Positions 38,275 through 50,318 are shown, counted from the first letter of the whole stretch. The stretch is 63,006 bases of DNA, filler included, from Octopus bimaculoides (GCF_001194135.2; 12 parts of 11 records of this genome joined end to end with filler, not necessarily neighbours in it); one strand, 5' to 3'. A program made the numbers and translations. Notes: generated by a model not told the origin, from the letters alone.

Positions 38275-38640
38275 ACATCATCATCGTTTAACATCCGCTT
38301 TCCATGCTAGCATGGGTTGGACGATTTGACTGAGGACTGGTGAACCAGATGGCTACACCAGGCTCCAATCTGATTTGGCAGAGTTTCTACAGCTGGATGC
38401 TCTTCCTAATGCCAACCACTCCGAGAGTGTACTGGGTGCTTTTACGTGCCACTGGCATGAAGGCCAGTCAGGTGTTACTGGCAACGGCCACGCTCAAAAT
38501 GTTGTATTTTATGTGCCACCTGCACAGGAGCCAGTCCAGCGGCACTGGCAACGACCTTGCATGAATGTCTTTTCACGTGCCAGGAAGGCGACGGTGTAAC
38601 GCTCAAATGGTGCTATTAATGTGTCATTGGCACGACGGTG
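38275..38640 (-). mobile_element. RTE-type 3' end repeat with (GAT)n tail and internal GTGCCA.TGGCA subrepeats
   Basis: GGTTGGCATTAGGAAGAGCATCCAGCTGTAGAAA..CCAACCCATGCTAGCATGGAAAGCGGATGTTAAACGATGATG; second copy 61555-61885. Confidence 0.7.
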
Positions 38641-38909
38641 CCCTTAGTGCTCCACTGGTACAGGTGCTAAATGTGTACTGACAGTGTCACAGCATGGCCA
38701 CAGCCTTAGGTCTGGAACACATACAAGATAAAAGGGTAACATCCACAGCTATTTGCTAAGTTTACTTCACTTTAATTTAACTATCTATTGATATCTCTTT
38801 TAATTTATAGATCATCATGATATTGTTTCATTATGTTAAACATTTCAACTTTGGCTGCAATTTGAACATGCAAATGCAGAATAACATAGACCTTCTCCCT
38901 CTCTCTCTT

Positions 38910-38955
<46 letters not shown>

Positions 38956-39099
38956 AAGTATGGGGGTTTAGTTCTCAGGTGATCTAAATGATTAAGTATG
39001 CTAGGTAAGTGCTGTAATGGATTATTATTAGGGCTCCAAGATTATAGCTGAGATGGTAGTTATGGAGCCATTGCAGATTTCTGATGCAGCAGATATATA

Positions 39100-40250
39100 A
39101 TTGTTAGAGGACAACAAACATTAAGGCGAGGCAAACATCTCAAGTCATATACATTATTATTGTTGGAAAAAAATTCAAAGTTGTATATCTGTTTCTGGGA
39201 TATTCCTGAGTATGGGATATATTCCGTCATCAGAGAAAAATAGAGAAAAATGAGAATGGTATATATTAATGAAATGATGACATAGAGAAAGGGGATAAAA
39301 GAATAAGGAGATGAAGAGAGAGAAGAAAGAAAGAAGCATAAAAGTTCATGGTTCAACTTTCTGATGTTGTAGAAGCAAGTGCATAAGTTCTTAGGTGCAA
39401 TCCCGCATAGATCCATGTGGGTTAAAATCCTGATATTGTAAACACCAAGAGAAAAAAAGACGTGAACACATCAACGTTTAATAACAGAATGGTACCAGAG
39501 GTGGATATTAAGTGGTAAAAGGAAAGAAAAGTAAATAAATAGGAGGAGAGGTAGATAGAGTGAGGGGGTGGAATTTAAGGATTGACTTTAGGATAAAGTA
39601 AGGTGTATAAGCATATGGTGTATAAGCATATGGTGTCTAAGAATATTGTGTACAGAGGTAGCTGAGAAGATAAGAGAGAGGAGGAGGAGGTAGAGGAAGA
39701 TAGCATAAAAAAATAAACAAAATAGAGCAAAATGAAAGGAATTTAAAGAGAATAGTAGGTGTCAGTGGTAGTCTTCTAATCTAGTGTTGGGGAGGAAATC
39801 TAATAGTAAATGCTTGTGTCTGTTCTGGTTAAGGTCAGTGGCTGCAGAGTTATTTTTAGCAATGGTGTTATGGGTGTGTAGGTAGTTGAGAATGGAGGAG
39901 CTAGTTGAATGTTAAATTATTTGAAGGGGAGTTAGAATTAGATATTAGGGGATTTATTGAGTTAATGTTTAAAAATAAATTAAGGATAAATTAAAGAATT
40001 AATATTTATTTCATAAAGAGATGAGGTAAGGTAGATAGAAGAGATATAAGAGATAAGGTAAATATAAGAGATATAGAGTTAAGGACCTCACTAAAGCATT
40101 CTTTAAAATAGTAGAATCTAATTTCCCATGTAACCATTCTATCTTTAACAGATCCACTTTGAAATTATCCTATTTATCTACACCAAATATAGAATCTATT
40201 ATTATTAATATTATTATTATTATTATTATCAATAATATTAATATGCCAAC
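39100..40250 (-). mobile_element. Degraded Penelope-like element 3' region with HHR
   Basis: Weak GIY-YIG C-terminal-like words near 39340-39480 (FNPHGSMRDCT*ELMHL..EP*), then CT-rich tract and HHR motif. Confidence 0.45.
39181..39236 (-). ncRNA. HHR motif with intact core and decayed stem III/I
   Basis: UCU CUGAUGA C GGAAUAU..AUAUCCC A GAAA CAGAUAUA: stem II 6/7 bp; ACAGAUAUA interpretable as decayed ACAGCUGUA palindrome. Confidence 0.5.
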
Positions 40251-40691
40251 TTGAATTTGTATGTATGTACCTGTGGTGCGTGTCACACTTACTTTAAAGG
40301 AAAAAGTGAGTGGCAAAGCGGGAGAGGGGACAGAGAGAAAGAGAGAGAGTGAGAGAGAAAGAGAGAATGAAAGAGACAGTGAGTGGTGATGGCATTCGTT
40401 TTGTGTTTTTAAATGTTTATCACATTGCAAGAAAAGTAGATACATAGATCAAAAGAAAAGTTGATACATAGATCAAAAGAAAAGTTGATACATAGATACA
40501 CACACACTGTTAAATTAAAAGCGGGAGAGAGTAGAGACACAAAGGAAGAAAGAGAGAAAGTGAGAGAAACAGTAGAAACATGGATCCAAAGAAAAGTTGA
40601 TATGTAGATACATAGACACATTGTTAAATAACTACTGCAAATATTGAATTTCACTTTCACTTTTCATTACCACACAAGGATAAAATTAACT

Positions 40692-40820
40692 TGCAAGTGG
40701 CTGAGTACTCCATAGGCATGTATACCGTTAATGTAGTTCTCAGGGAGATTCAGCCTCACACAGAATATGACAGGGCTAGCCTCTTTGAATTACAGCTACA
40801 ACTCATTTTGGCCAGCTGAG
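40692..40820 (-). mobile_element. SINE family B-related central/3' fragment
   Basis: GTGGCTGAGTACTCCA..GTAGTTCTCAGGGAGATTCAGC..TTTGAATTACAG shared with 46550-46660 and 41568-41690. Confidence 0.75.
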
Positions 40821-40852
40821 AAGACAGGAGCAAGATAAACCTTCAAGTGGTT

Positions 40853-40882
40853 TGAATTTGGTTGACAGAAACTGAAGGAAGC

Positions 40883-40947
<65 letters not shown>

Positions 40948-40974
40948 GTATATATATATGTATATATATATGTA

Positions 40975-41010
<36 letters not shown>

Positions 41011-41195
41011 TGTATATATTTGTGTGTGTTTGACTCCCCACAACTATTGCTCGACAACCGATGTTTGTGTGTTTGCGGCTCTGTAACTTAGCAGTTTGGC
41101 AGAAGAGACTGTAAGAATAAGCACCATGCTTACAGGAGTTGATTTCTTCGACTAAAGGGCGGTGCTCCAGCATGGCCACCATAAAATGACTGAAA
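40853..41195 (+). mobile_element. 5'-truncated SINE family A with 22-bp target-site duplication
   Basis: CAAGATAAACCTTCAAGTGGTT at 40831-40852 and 41196-41217. Confidence 0.85.
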
Positions 41196-41567
41196 CAAGA
41201 TAAACCTTCAAGTGGTTGGAAGAAAACAAAAAAAGATCCTATATAGGGACAAGAAAATCCTTTTAGTCATTAGGGTCTCTATGGGTATTAATCCAGTCCT
41301 AACAGCAGCATTTATGGGTCTAACAGATCTGGAGGCCAAGCCCCCAGGTAAACAACTGAGCATGAGTTGAGGGCAAATACATGATGGAATAGCAATTATT
41401 TCATCTTGGCTTTCAATGTTTATACTAAACATGACATTTTTGCCTTACGATACGGAACATATCGTTTTCTTTCACTCTTTTTAAAAAATGGCACTCCATC
41501 AGTTACAACAACAAGATTCCTATTTATCTGATCAACAGAACAGTTTTCTCATAAAACTAACGTACAA

Positions 41568-41795
41568 ATGGCTGAGTACTCCACAGACATTATACTATAA
41601 GGTAGTTCTCAGGGAGATTCAGCCTCACATATTATGACAAGGCTGGCTCCTTTGAATTACAGCTACAACTCATTTTTGCCAGCTGAGTGAACTGCAGTGA
41701 GGTGAAGTAGAGTACCTTGCTCAAGAACACAGTGTGCTGCAGGGAATCGTACTCGTGACATTATGATCGTGGGCCAAACACCCCTAACCACTGAG
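41568..41795 (-). mobile_element. SINE with family B 3' module and a different head/centre
   Basis: Head CTCAGTGGTTAGGGTG..TCTTGAGCAAGG..CACTCAGCTGGCAAAAATGAGT joined to the family B body; same head type at 57572-57670. Confidence 0.7.
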
Positions 41796-43210
41796 TCACA
41801 CACCTTCACTCTCTTAAGTGGAGAGGAAGGGAGTGAAGCGATAGAGACAGAGAAAGGAAAACATCAATCATTTACAATAACAATTAGACTGAAATACGAT
41901 CAATCTTTTCTAGCTTCTTTACTTTTAACAATGAAGAAAAGGGAAAGACATTTAGTAATGAATAGAGGGAAAGTCTTTCAGGTGTTTACATTTTTATTCT
42001 TGGAGTTCTAAAACAATCAAGTGTTAGTTCTCTCTTCTTTCACTCCCCCTGCTACCTGTACTTATTCACCTTCTTTCATAGTTATTCATGTCTTTTAGCT
42101 GGGAAGAAAGACCATGTTTTTTTTTTTTCAGGCATATTTANNNNNNNNNNNNNNNNNNNNNNNNNNNNNNNNNNNNNNNNNNNNNNNNNNNNNNNNNNNN
42201 NNNNNNNNNNNNNNNNNNNNNNNNNNNNNNNNNNNNNNNNNNNNNNNNNNNNNNNNNNNNNNNNNNNNNNNNNNNNNNNNNNNNNNNNNNNNNNNNNNNN
42301 NNNNNNNNNNNNNNNNNNNNNNNNNNNNNNNNNNNNNNNNNNNNNNNNNNNNNNNNNNNNNNNNNNNNNNNNNNNNNNNNNNNNNNNNNNNNNNNNNNNN
42401 NNNNNNNNNNNNNNNNNNNNNNNNNNNNNNNNNNNNNNNNNNNNNNNNNNNNNNNNNNNNNNNNNNNNNNNNNNNNNNNNNNNNNNNNNNNNNNNNNNNN
42501 NNNNNNNNNNNNNNNNNNNNNNNNNNNNNNNNNNNNNNNNNNNNNNNNNNNNNNNNNNNNNNNNNNNNNNNNNNNNNNNNNNNNNNNNNNNNNNNNNNNN
42601 NNNNNNNNNNNNNNNNNNNNNNNNNNNNNNNNNNNNNNNNNNNNNNNNNNNNNNNNNNNNNNNNNNNNNNNNNNNNNNNNNNNNNNNNNNNNNNNNNNNN
42701 NNNNNNNNNNNNNNNNNNNNNNNNNNNNNNNNNNNNNNNNNNNNNNNNNNNNNNNNNNNNNNNNNNNNNNCAGAACATTCTGTACCACTAAACCAAGAAG
42801 TTTCTTTGAATATGCACAATGTATTTTAAAGCTAAATAGTAATTCTGTTTATGTTTGCGTAACTGAGATATTTTGGTTGGATTATATAGTTATCGGTTTT
42901 ACATTTCTTTCTGTATTCTGTAACTGGTACAATATAGAAACATTTCTCATGGTACCAGCACGTAATTTACAGATGTTTACATTTTTAATGTTTTCCATGA
43001 ATTTTTCATGGGTTTATTATTATTATTTATAATATTGTTCTAAGTGTTATCGTGTTTTTGCCTATGTGTTATACTTACATCAAGGGAGGTAAGAACTCAA
43101 ATTGAAAAATATATATATATAGATATATGTAGAAGGTTGAAAAGGAACACACGAGTTGATATATATGGAAAAAAAAGTCAAGGTAAAAAATGCTAAAATA
43201 ATTTAATAAA

Positions 43211-43440
43211 CAGTGGCTGTGTAGTAAGTAGCTTGCTTACGAACCACATGGTTCCAGGTTCNNNNNNNNNNTATACACACACACACATATATATATATAC
43301 ATATGTTGGTGTGTAACTTAGCAGAAGAGACTAATAAAATAAGCACCACATTTATAGGGGTTGATTTCTTTGACTAAAGGGTGAATCCTCCAGCATGGCT
43401 ACCATCAAATGACTGAAAAAAGTAAAAGAATAAAAGAATA
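43211..43440 (+). mobile_element. SINE family A, gap-interrupted
   Basis: Head GGCTGTGTAGTAAGTAGC, 3' GCATGGCTACCATCAAATGACTG, AAAAGAAT tail. Confidence 0.8.
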
Positions 43441-44051
43441 CCAGCAGAACATTCTGTACCACTAAACCAAGAAGTTTCTTTGAATATGCACAATGTATTT
43501 TAAAGCTAAATAGTAATTCTGTTTATGTTTGCGTAACTGAGATATTTTGGTTGGATTATATAGTTATCGGTTTTACATTTCTTTCTGTATTCTGTAACTG
43601 GTACAATATAGAAACATTTCTCATGGTACCAGCACGTAATTTACAGNNNNNNNNNNNNNNNNNNNNNNNNNNNNNNNNNNNNNNNNNNNNNNNNNNNNNN
43701 NNNNNNNNNNNNNNNNNNNNNNNNNNNNNNNNNNNNNNNNNNNNNNNNNNNNNNNNNNNNNNNNNNNNNNNNNNNNNNNNNNNNNNNNNNNNNNNNNNNN
43801 NNNNNNNNNNNNNNNNNNNNNNNNNNNNNNNNNNNNNNNNNNNNNNNNNNNNNNNNNNNNNNNNNNNNNNNNNNNNNNNNNNNNNNNNNNNNNNNNNNNN
43901 NNNNNNNNNNNNNNNNNNNNNNNNNNNNNNNNNNNNNNNNNNNNNNNNNNNNNNNNNNNNNNNNNNNNNNNNNNNNNNNNNNNNNNNNNNNNNNNNNNNN
44001 NNNNNNNNNNNNNNNNNNNNNNNNNNNNNNNNNNNNNNNNNNNNNNNNNNN

Positions 44052-44132
44052 AGTGTCTTCTACTATAGCCTTGGACTGACCAAAGCCTTGTGAGTGGATT
44101 TGGTAGACGGAAACTGAAAGAAGCCTGTCGTA

Positions 44133-44175
<43 letters not shown>

Positions 44176-44388
44176 TTGTGTGTCTGTGTTTGTCCCTCCC
44201 ATCATAGCTTGACAACCGATGCTGGTGTGTTTACGTCCCCGTAACTTAGCGGTTCGGCAAAAAGAGACCGATAGAATAAGTACTAGGCTTCCAAAGAATA
44301 AGTCCTGGGGTCGATTTGCTCGACTAAAAGGCGGTGCTCCAGCATGGCCACAGTTAAATGACTGAAACAAGTAAAAGAGTAAAGAGTA
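44052..44388 (+). mobile_element. SINE family A, head lost in gap
   Basis: High identity to other copies; AAAAGAGT tail. Confidence 0.88.
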
Positions 44389-44422
44389 CCGGTTTCAGCC
44401 ATTGAAACTTTTTCAACTCTAA
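44383..44422 (-). ncRNA. Minimal HHR motif, U3-A8 variant
   Basis: AGAG UUGAAAA AGUU UCAAU GGCU GAAA CCGG UA CUCU. Confidence 0.55.
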
Positions 44423-44545
44423 GTATGGAAAACAACTATAATTTGGAAAAATTAAAAGAAGAGTTTTTTAAAAGAATATTTGCATAGTATTCAAATACAA
44501 GGGGCATTTTCCTTATTTCTGCCTGTCTGTCTCTCTTGTGGGTTT
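44383..44545 (-). mobile_element. Dispersed ~200-bp repeat ending in a U3-A8 HHR motif (copy 1)
   Basis: Reverse complement aligns with 57215-57420. Confidence 0.7.
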
Positions 44546-45137
44546 GAGGTCGTTGTGAAATCTTGGCAGAGGAGAAGGAGGAGGAGGAGGAGAAGAAGAA
44601 GAAGAAGAGGAGGAGGAAGAGGAGGAGGAGGGGGTAGTGTTATGATAAAGTGACTTGTTGTGGAAGTCCCTTTCAGAGCACTTGGACATTTAACATGCTA
44701 CTACTATGCACTCTCACACTGTTTTTTGCTTTTAGCCCTATAAGATAAAAATATTTTTTTTGCGTACATATGTATGGGTGCGGGGTTGTTGTGTGCGTGT
44801 GAGTGTGAATGTGCATGCGTGTATGTATATGCACATGTACATATATGTATAGTCTATGGCGAGTATGTGGGTGAGCATGTGTGTGTTTACATACATGTAT
44901 AATTTTTGGTGAGTATGTGGGTGAGCTTGTGTGTGTTTAAAACAAGGGCGTTTGAGTATATGAATATAGGCGAATGTATGGATTGGTGCGCTTACGTAAA
45001 CCTATAGACTTCACTACTCCCTTACTCTTACCCCCTTAGCAGTCTATTAGCTCTTTTGTCTTTCGTCTTAATGACGGTCACCACACAGTAATTTCACTTT
45101 GTTTAACGTTAATTTTTCACAGGAATTTTCAATGGCC

Positions 45138-45200
45138 GGATACCTGAAGAGATGTTGGTGTGGGCTCCAACACAGGCATCCGAAACTCGGAGATTTATCA
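45138..45200 (+). ncRNA. Degenerate HHR motif
   Basis: GGAUAC CUGAAGA GAUG..CAUC C GAAA CUCGGAGAU UUAUC: core intact, stem II 4 bp, stem III resembles decayed ACUCGAGU palindrome. Confidence 0.45.
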
Positions 45201-45468
45201 TGGCTACTGAATAAGTGTCACATATTTTTACAGATATATGTATACTTTGATATCCAAGTATGGTTATGTACACAGACACAGACATGTGTATTGGAGTGTC
45301 TAAAACTATTTGTATGACCTTATATACTGTTTGTAGGCGTTTTATGTGCCTTATATTTTTAAATTTTCATTTTTCATTTATTTATTTTTATTTTTACTGT
45401 ATTATTATTTTCATTTCTATTTTATTTTTATTTTTATTTTTTACTTTATATTTGTGTTGAATTTTTGT

Positions 45469-45603
45469 GAATCTCTGAAGAGGCCTACCGAATCATGCAT
45501 GTACCGGCATTTCAGCATTTCATCTGCTAATTACTCCAGCATGCAGGTGCTATTCGGAAAGAATGGGGCATGCCAACGCTAGGCCTAAACGGCTGTAAGA
45601 TTC
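45469..45603 (+). ncRNA. Type I HHR motif with 92-nt insert in loop II, G12 mutated
   Basis: GAAUCU CUGAAGA GGCCUA [92 nt] UAGGCC UAAA CGGCUG UA AGAUUC: perfect 6-bp stems I and II. Confidence 0.7.
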
Positions 45604-46123
45604 TGTTTATTCTCAAATTCCTAATGTACTTTATATTTGTAACCTTAATTGTTAATATAACATGGTATGTCATTAGCATTTGTATATTGTGGTTTTTGTC
45701 ATTTTAGTTACAAAATAAATTAATTAATTCAACGGAATACACTGTCTGCAAGTCGATGGATACCGCATATTCTCCTCCATTTTCTAATTGCTGTATAAAT
45801 TTAGGGTAAAATAACCCCCATTTTACCCGCACCAACTTATTACACTTGGTATAACACTAGTGTAACAATAATTGGGTACCATCCCAGCATTATATTGAAT
45901 AGATACTATCCCTTAGTGGGTTGAATCCAAAACCCCTTACACTCTTGCATTATACATACATATATATATTTACATATATATATATACACACATATATACA
46001 TATATATACATATACATATATATNNNNNNNNNNNNNNNNNNNNNNNNNNNNNNNNNNNNNNNNNNNNNNNNNNNNNNNNNNNNNNNNNNNNNNNNNNNNN
46101 NNNNNNNNNNNNNNNNNNNNNNN

Positions 46124-46410
46124 TAGTTACTGTCGTAGCTTAGTCTGAGGAGGAGGCCCAGTTCACTTGTGTTAACCTTGCGGAACTCCACTTCACTCCC
46201 ACAGATCACCTGAATGCATATCTCCACAGCAAAATCTGTCTATAGATGGGTAGAGTGAAATTACATCCGTACTACCCACTACACAACCTGTGAGGTCGTT
46301 GGAGTGGTTATAAGTACTGATTTTACTGAGGAGATCTGGAGACATCTCTATGAGAGGTCGTAATACCTGTGAGAGGAAATAGGACAGTCTAAAGTTGCTG
46401 GAGATATTTG
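46124..46410 (-). pseudogene. Penelope-like element RT fragment
   Basis: RLSYFLSQVLRPLIE..VVGSTDVISLYPSID, matching the PLE RT motif GSxDVxxLYPSID (tail of ORF 46193-46525). Confidence 0.75.
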
Positions 46411-46469
46411 CTCCACAAACTATATACATATATACATTTGCTCCACAAACTATACATATATATAGATAT

Positions 46470-46834
46470 GTTGTTGTTGGCACTCCGTCGCTTACGACGT
46501 CGTGGGTTCCAGTTGATCCGATCAACGGAACAGCCTGCTCGTGAAATTAACGGGCAAGTGGCTGAGCAATCCACAGACACGTGTACCCTTAACGTAGTTC
46601 TCGGGGATATTCAGCGTGACACAGTGTGACAAGGCTGGCTTTTTGAAATACAGGTACAACAGAAACAGGAAGAAAGAGTGAGAGAAAGTTGTGGTGAAAG
46701 AGTACAGCAGGGTTCGCCAGCATCCCCTGCCAGAGCCTCGTGGAGCTTTAGGTGTTTTCGCTCAATAAACACTTGCAACGCCCGATCTGGGAATTGAAAC
46801 CGCGATCCTATGACCGCGAGTCCGCTACCCTAAC
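46470..46834 (-). mobile_element. tRNA-derived SINE, family B, (CAA)n tail
   Basis: Reverse-complement match to 1716-2094. Confidence 0.88.
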
Positions 46835-46949
46835 NNNNNNNNNNNNNNNNNNNNNNNNNNNNNNNNNNNNNNNNNNNNTTAATTAATTAANNNNNNNNNN
46901 NNNNNNNNNNNNNNNNNNNNNNNNNNNNNNNNNNTATATATATATATAT

Positions 46950-47110
46950 TAAGGCCGCGAGCTGGTAGAATCGTTAACACGCACGACGAAATGCTTCGTG
47001 ATATTTCGCCGACTTTGCCTTTCATCCTATCGTGGATGATAAATCAAGTACCAGTTGTGTACTGGTCACACTCCCATCAAATTTCAGGCCTTGTACTTGT
47101 AGTAGAATGG
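46950..47110 (+). mobile_element. SINE family C with internal deletion
   Basis: GCGAGCTGGTAGAATCGTTAACACG..GACTTTGCCTTTCATCC. Confidence 0.75.
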
Positions 47111-47538
47111 TTTGTTATTATTATTAACATGTATATAAATATATGCTTCTGTTTGTATATTAAATACATGCATATGTATTTTTATTATTCATAAATTTTG
47201 ATTCGACTGAGGTGTGTGATGCAGCAAATTTCTCACCTACAACTTATTACGTCCCCCTACCCCCAGGCCATTCATTTCACTTCAATGTAAGACTTTTACC
47301 TTTTATTTTCTCAAGTTCCAGCATTGCGCTTATTCATTTCATTTCATTTACTATGANNNNNNNNNNTTCTCAAGTTCCAGCATTGCGCTTATTCATTTCA
47401 TTTCATTTACTATGAATTCTACCATGCTGCCTTTGTTTGAAAAACTCATATAAAGTGGATCGTGTAACAAGCGCACGAAACAAGTTCAAACGTAATGCAT
47501 TATTATACACACACACACACACACACACNNNNNNNNNN

Positions 47539-47570
<32 letters not shown>

Positions 47571-47973
47571 CACACACACACACATACAAAAACACACACG
47601 CTCCTTCTCTCTCTCTCTCCCTCGTACACATATAGCAGTTATACTTGTTCGGTGAGTGACACGTCAGAAATGATGCATTCAAACTGCAACATTGATTTCG
47701 TATATNNNNNNNNNNNNNNNNNNNNNNNNNNNNNNNNNNNNNNNNNNNNNNNNNNNNNNNNNNNNNNNNNNNNNNNNNNNNNNNNNNNNNNNNNNNNNNN
47801 NNNNNNNNNNNNNNNNNNNNNNNNNNNNNNNNNNNNNNNNNNNNNNNNNNNNNNNNNNNNNNNNNNNNNNNNNNNNNNNNNNNNNNNNNNNNNNNNNNNN
47901 NNNNNNNNNNNNNNNNNNNNNNNNNNNNNNNNNNNNNNNNNNNNNNNNNNNNNNNNNNNNNNNNNNNNNNNNN

Positions 47974-48375
47974 AGCGCATTTAGTAGACGGAAACTGAAA
48001 GAAACCCATTGTATATATATATATTTATTTATATATGTATACTTATTTGTATCTTTGCGCTTGTGCCGTGTTTATCTCTCCACCACAACTTGACAACTGG
48101 TGTTGGTTTGTTTACATTTACGTCCCCGTAACNNNNNNNNNNCACAACTTGACAACTGGTGTTGGTTTGTTTACATTTACGTCCCCGTAACATTTTGGTT
48201 CGGCAAAAAGAGTCCGATAGAATACTGCCAGGTTAAAAAATGTACTTGGATCGATTAGGTTGATTAAACACTTAAAGGCTGCGCCTGATCTTGGTCGCAG
48301 TCCAATGAGNNNNNNNNNNTGATTAAACACTTAAAGGCTGCGCCTGATCTTGGTCGCAGTCCAATGAGTAAAACA
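47974..48375 (+). mobile_element. Diverged SINE family A with assembly-duplicated segments
   Basis: TAGACGGAAACTGAAAGAAACCC..TTGACAACTGGTG..GGTTCGGCAAAAAGAG. Confidence 0.7.
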
Positions 48376-49201
48376 AGTAAACGATATAGGATCACGTTGA
48401 CTCTCCAATTAGTTTTTATTTTAAAAAAACGTGTCGTGTGACATGAAAAAAATTTTTTCTTACCATCTTGTTTTCCTAACATTAANNNNNNNNNNTGTGA
48501 CATGAAAAAAATTTTTTCTTACCATCTTGTTTTCCTAACATTAAGATGTGCATAACGGGCATAAGACGCTTTGGCACAGCCGTTTTGGCGCCGCTTGTTC
48601 GGTGCCGCTGATTCGACGCTAGCTTATTTGACATCAGACGTTTTAATGCTTTTCTAGTGTTAATCTTTCATTTCTTCGCACACCTCCTTTCTGGCAGGTT
48701 GTGGTTGTGAGCAGCTATGTATGTATAAAGCCAAACAAACTTTTGTATCTCGATTCTTTCCCTTCTTTTATGAGAGGAATAATAGACAAAACACTCCTCA
48801 TCTCACACCCTGATACTATAAACAAGGTAGGGCACATTGAATATATTGTAAACCTTGGAATACTAGGATCGAATACAAAAGACGAACTGTCACCGATTGG
48901 GCATCTTTTACGGCAGAGATTTTCTCGATCAGAACTTAGCAGCGTCTATACTACCACCACCATCACCATTGCCATCATCATCAATGCTACTGTTGCTACT
49001 ACTACCACTACTATCTCGACCACTACTACGACCATCACCATGACCACCACCACAACCNNNNNNNNNNTACTATCTCGACCACTACTACGACCATCACCAT
49101 GACCACCACCACAACCAACACCACCACCACCGCAGGATAACCTCCATCATCACTACCACCTATACTATTACTACCACTTCCAACTCTACCGCTACCGCCG
49201 T

Positions 49202-49240
<39 letters not shown>

Positions 49241-49390
49241 AGTATGGAAATTAAGATATCTGCGGCCCTTCAAGTTCGGTAGGTCAGTTANNNNNNNNNN
49301 NNNNNNNNNNNNNNNNNNNNNNNNNNNNNNNNNNTTAATTAATTAANNNNNNNNNNNNNNNNNNNNNNNNNNNNNNNNNNNNNNNNNNNN

Positions 49391-49463
<73 letters not shown>

Positions 49464-49692
49464 TACATACGTATTATATGTACAAATATATAGCTCCCTT
49501 ATATATATATATATATGTATTCATATACATTATGTACACACATATACACCCCTACCATATATATATATTTTTTTTTTTTCCACTATTGTAGATTCAATCT
49601 TTTTCTTGTTTTTCTTTTATCCTTTTCTCCTTTTTACTTTTTCTTCTTTCTATATTTAAAGTTGATATTAAGGATGATGATGATGTTCATAT

Positions 49693-49723
<31 letters not shown>

Positions 49724-49818
49724 ACTAATGATACTGTTGATTTCTTTATTTGTCACACAGATTAAACCTCAGGTTCATTAGACTCACAAATATTTTACAG
49801 ATGTGTATATGTAGGTGC

Positions 49819-49980
49819 AGGGGTGGCTGTGTGGTAAGTAGCTTACTTACCAACTACATGGCTCCGGGTTCAGTCCCACTACATAGCACCTTGGGCAAGT
49901 GTCTTCAACTATAACCTCAGACCAACCAATGCCTTGTGAATGGATTTGGTAGACGGAAAAAGAAAGAAGCCCATTGTGTG

Positions 49981-50039
<59 letters not shown>

Positions 50040-50205
50040 TTGTGTGTCTGTGTTTACGTCCCTGTAACTTCGCGGTTCAGCAAAAGACACCGATAGAATA
50101 AGTACTAGGCTTATAAAGAATAAATCCCTGGGTTGATTTGTTCGACTAAAGGTGGTGCTCCAGCATGGCCACAGTCAAATGATTGAAACAAATAAAAGAA
50201 TAAAA
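49819..50205 (+). mobile_element. SINE family A, full length
   Basis: Complete head, internal (TA)(TG), 3' body and AAAAGAAT tail. Confidence 0.9.
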
Positions 50206-50318
50206 AAATAAAGAATATTTAAGAATATATTGAAATCACAAAATGTATCTAAAAATACTGTAATACAAATTGAAGCACATTTATATACACGCTGTGTGTG
50301 TATATGTATGCATGTGCA

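Noticed and set aside
41208-41432. 74-aa ORF and a + strand frame ending in CAG|GTAAAC
   Set aside because: No acceptor site or recognisable homology; expected by chance.
42771-43646. ~200-bp identical duplication (42771-42970 vs 43443-43646)
   Set aside because: Both copies abut gaps; most likely an assembly or haplotype artefact.
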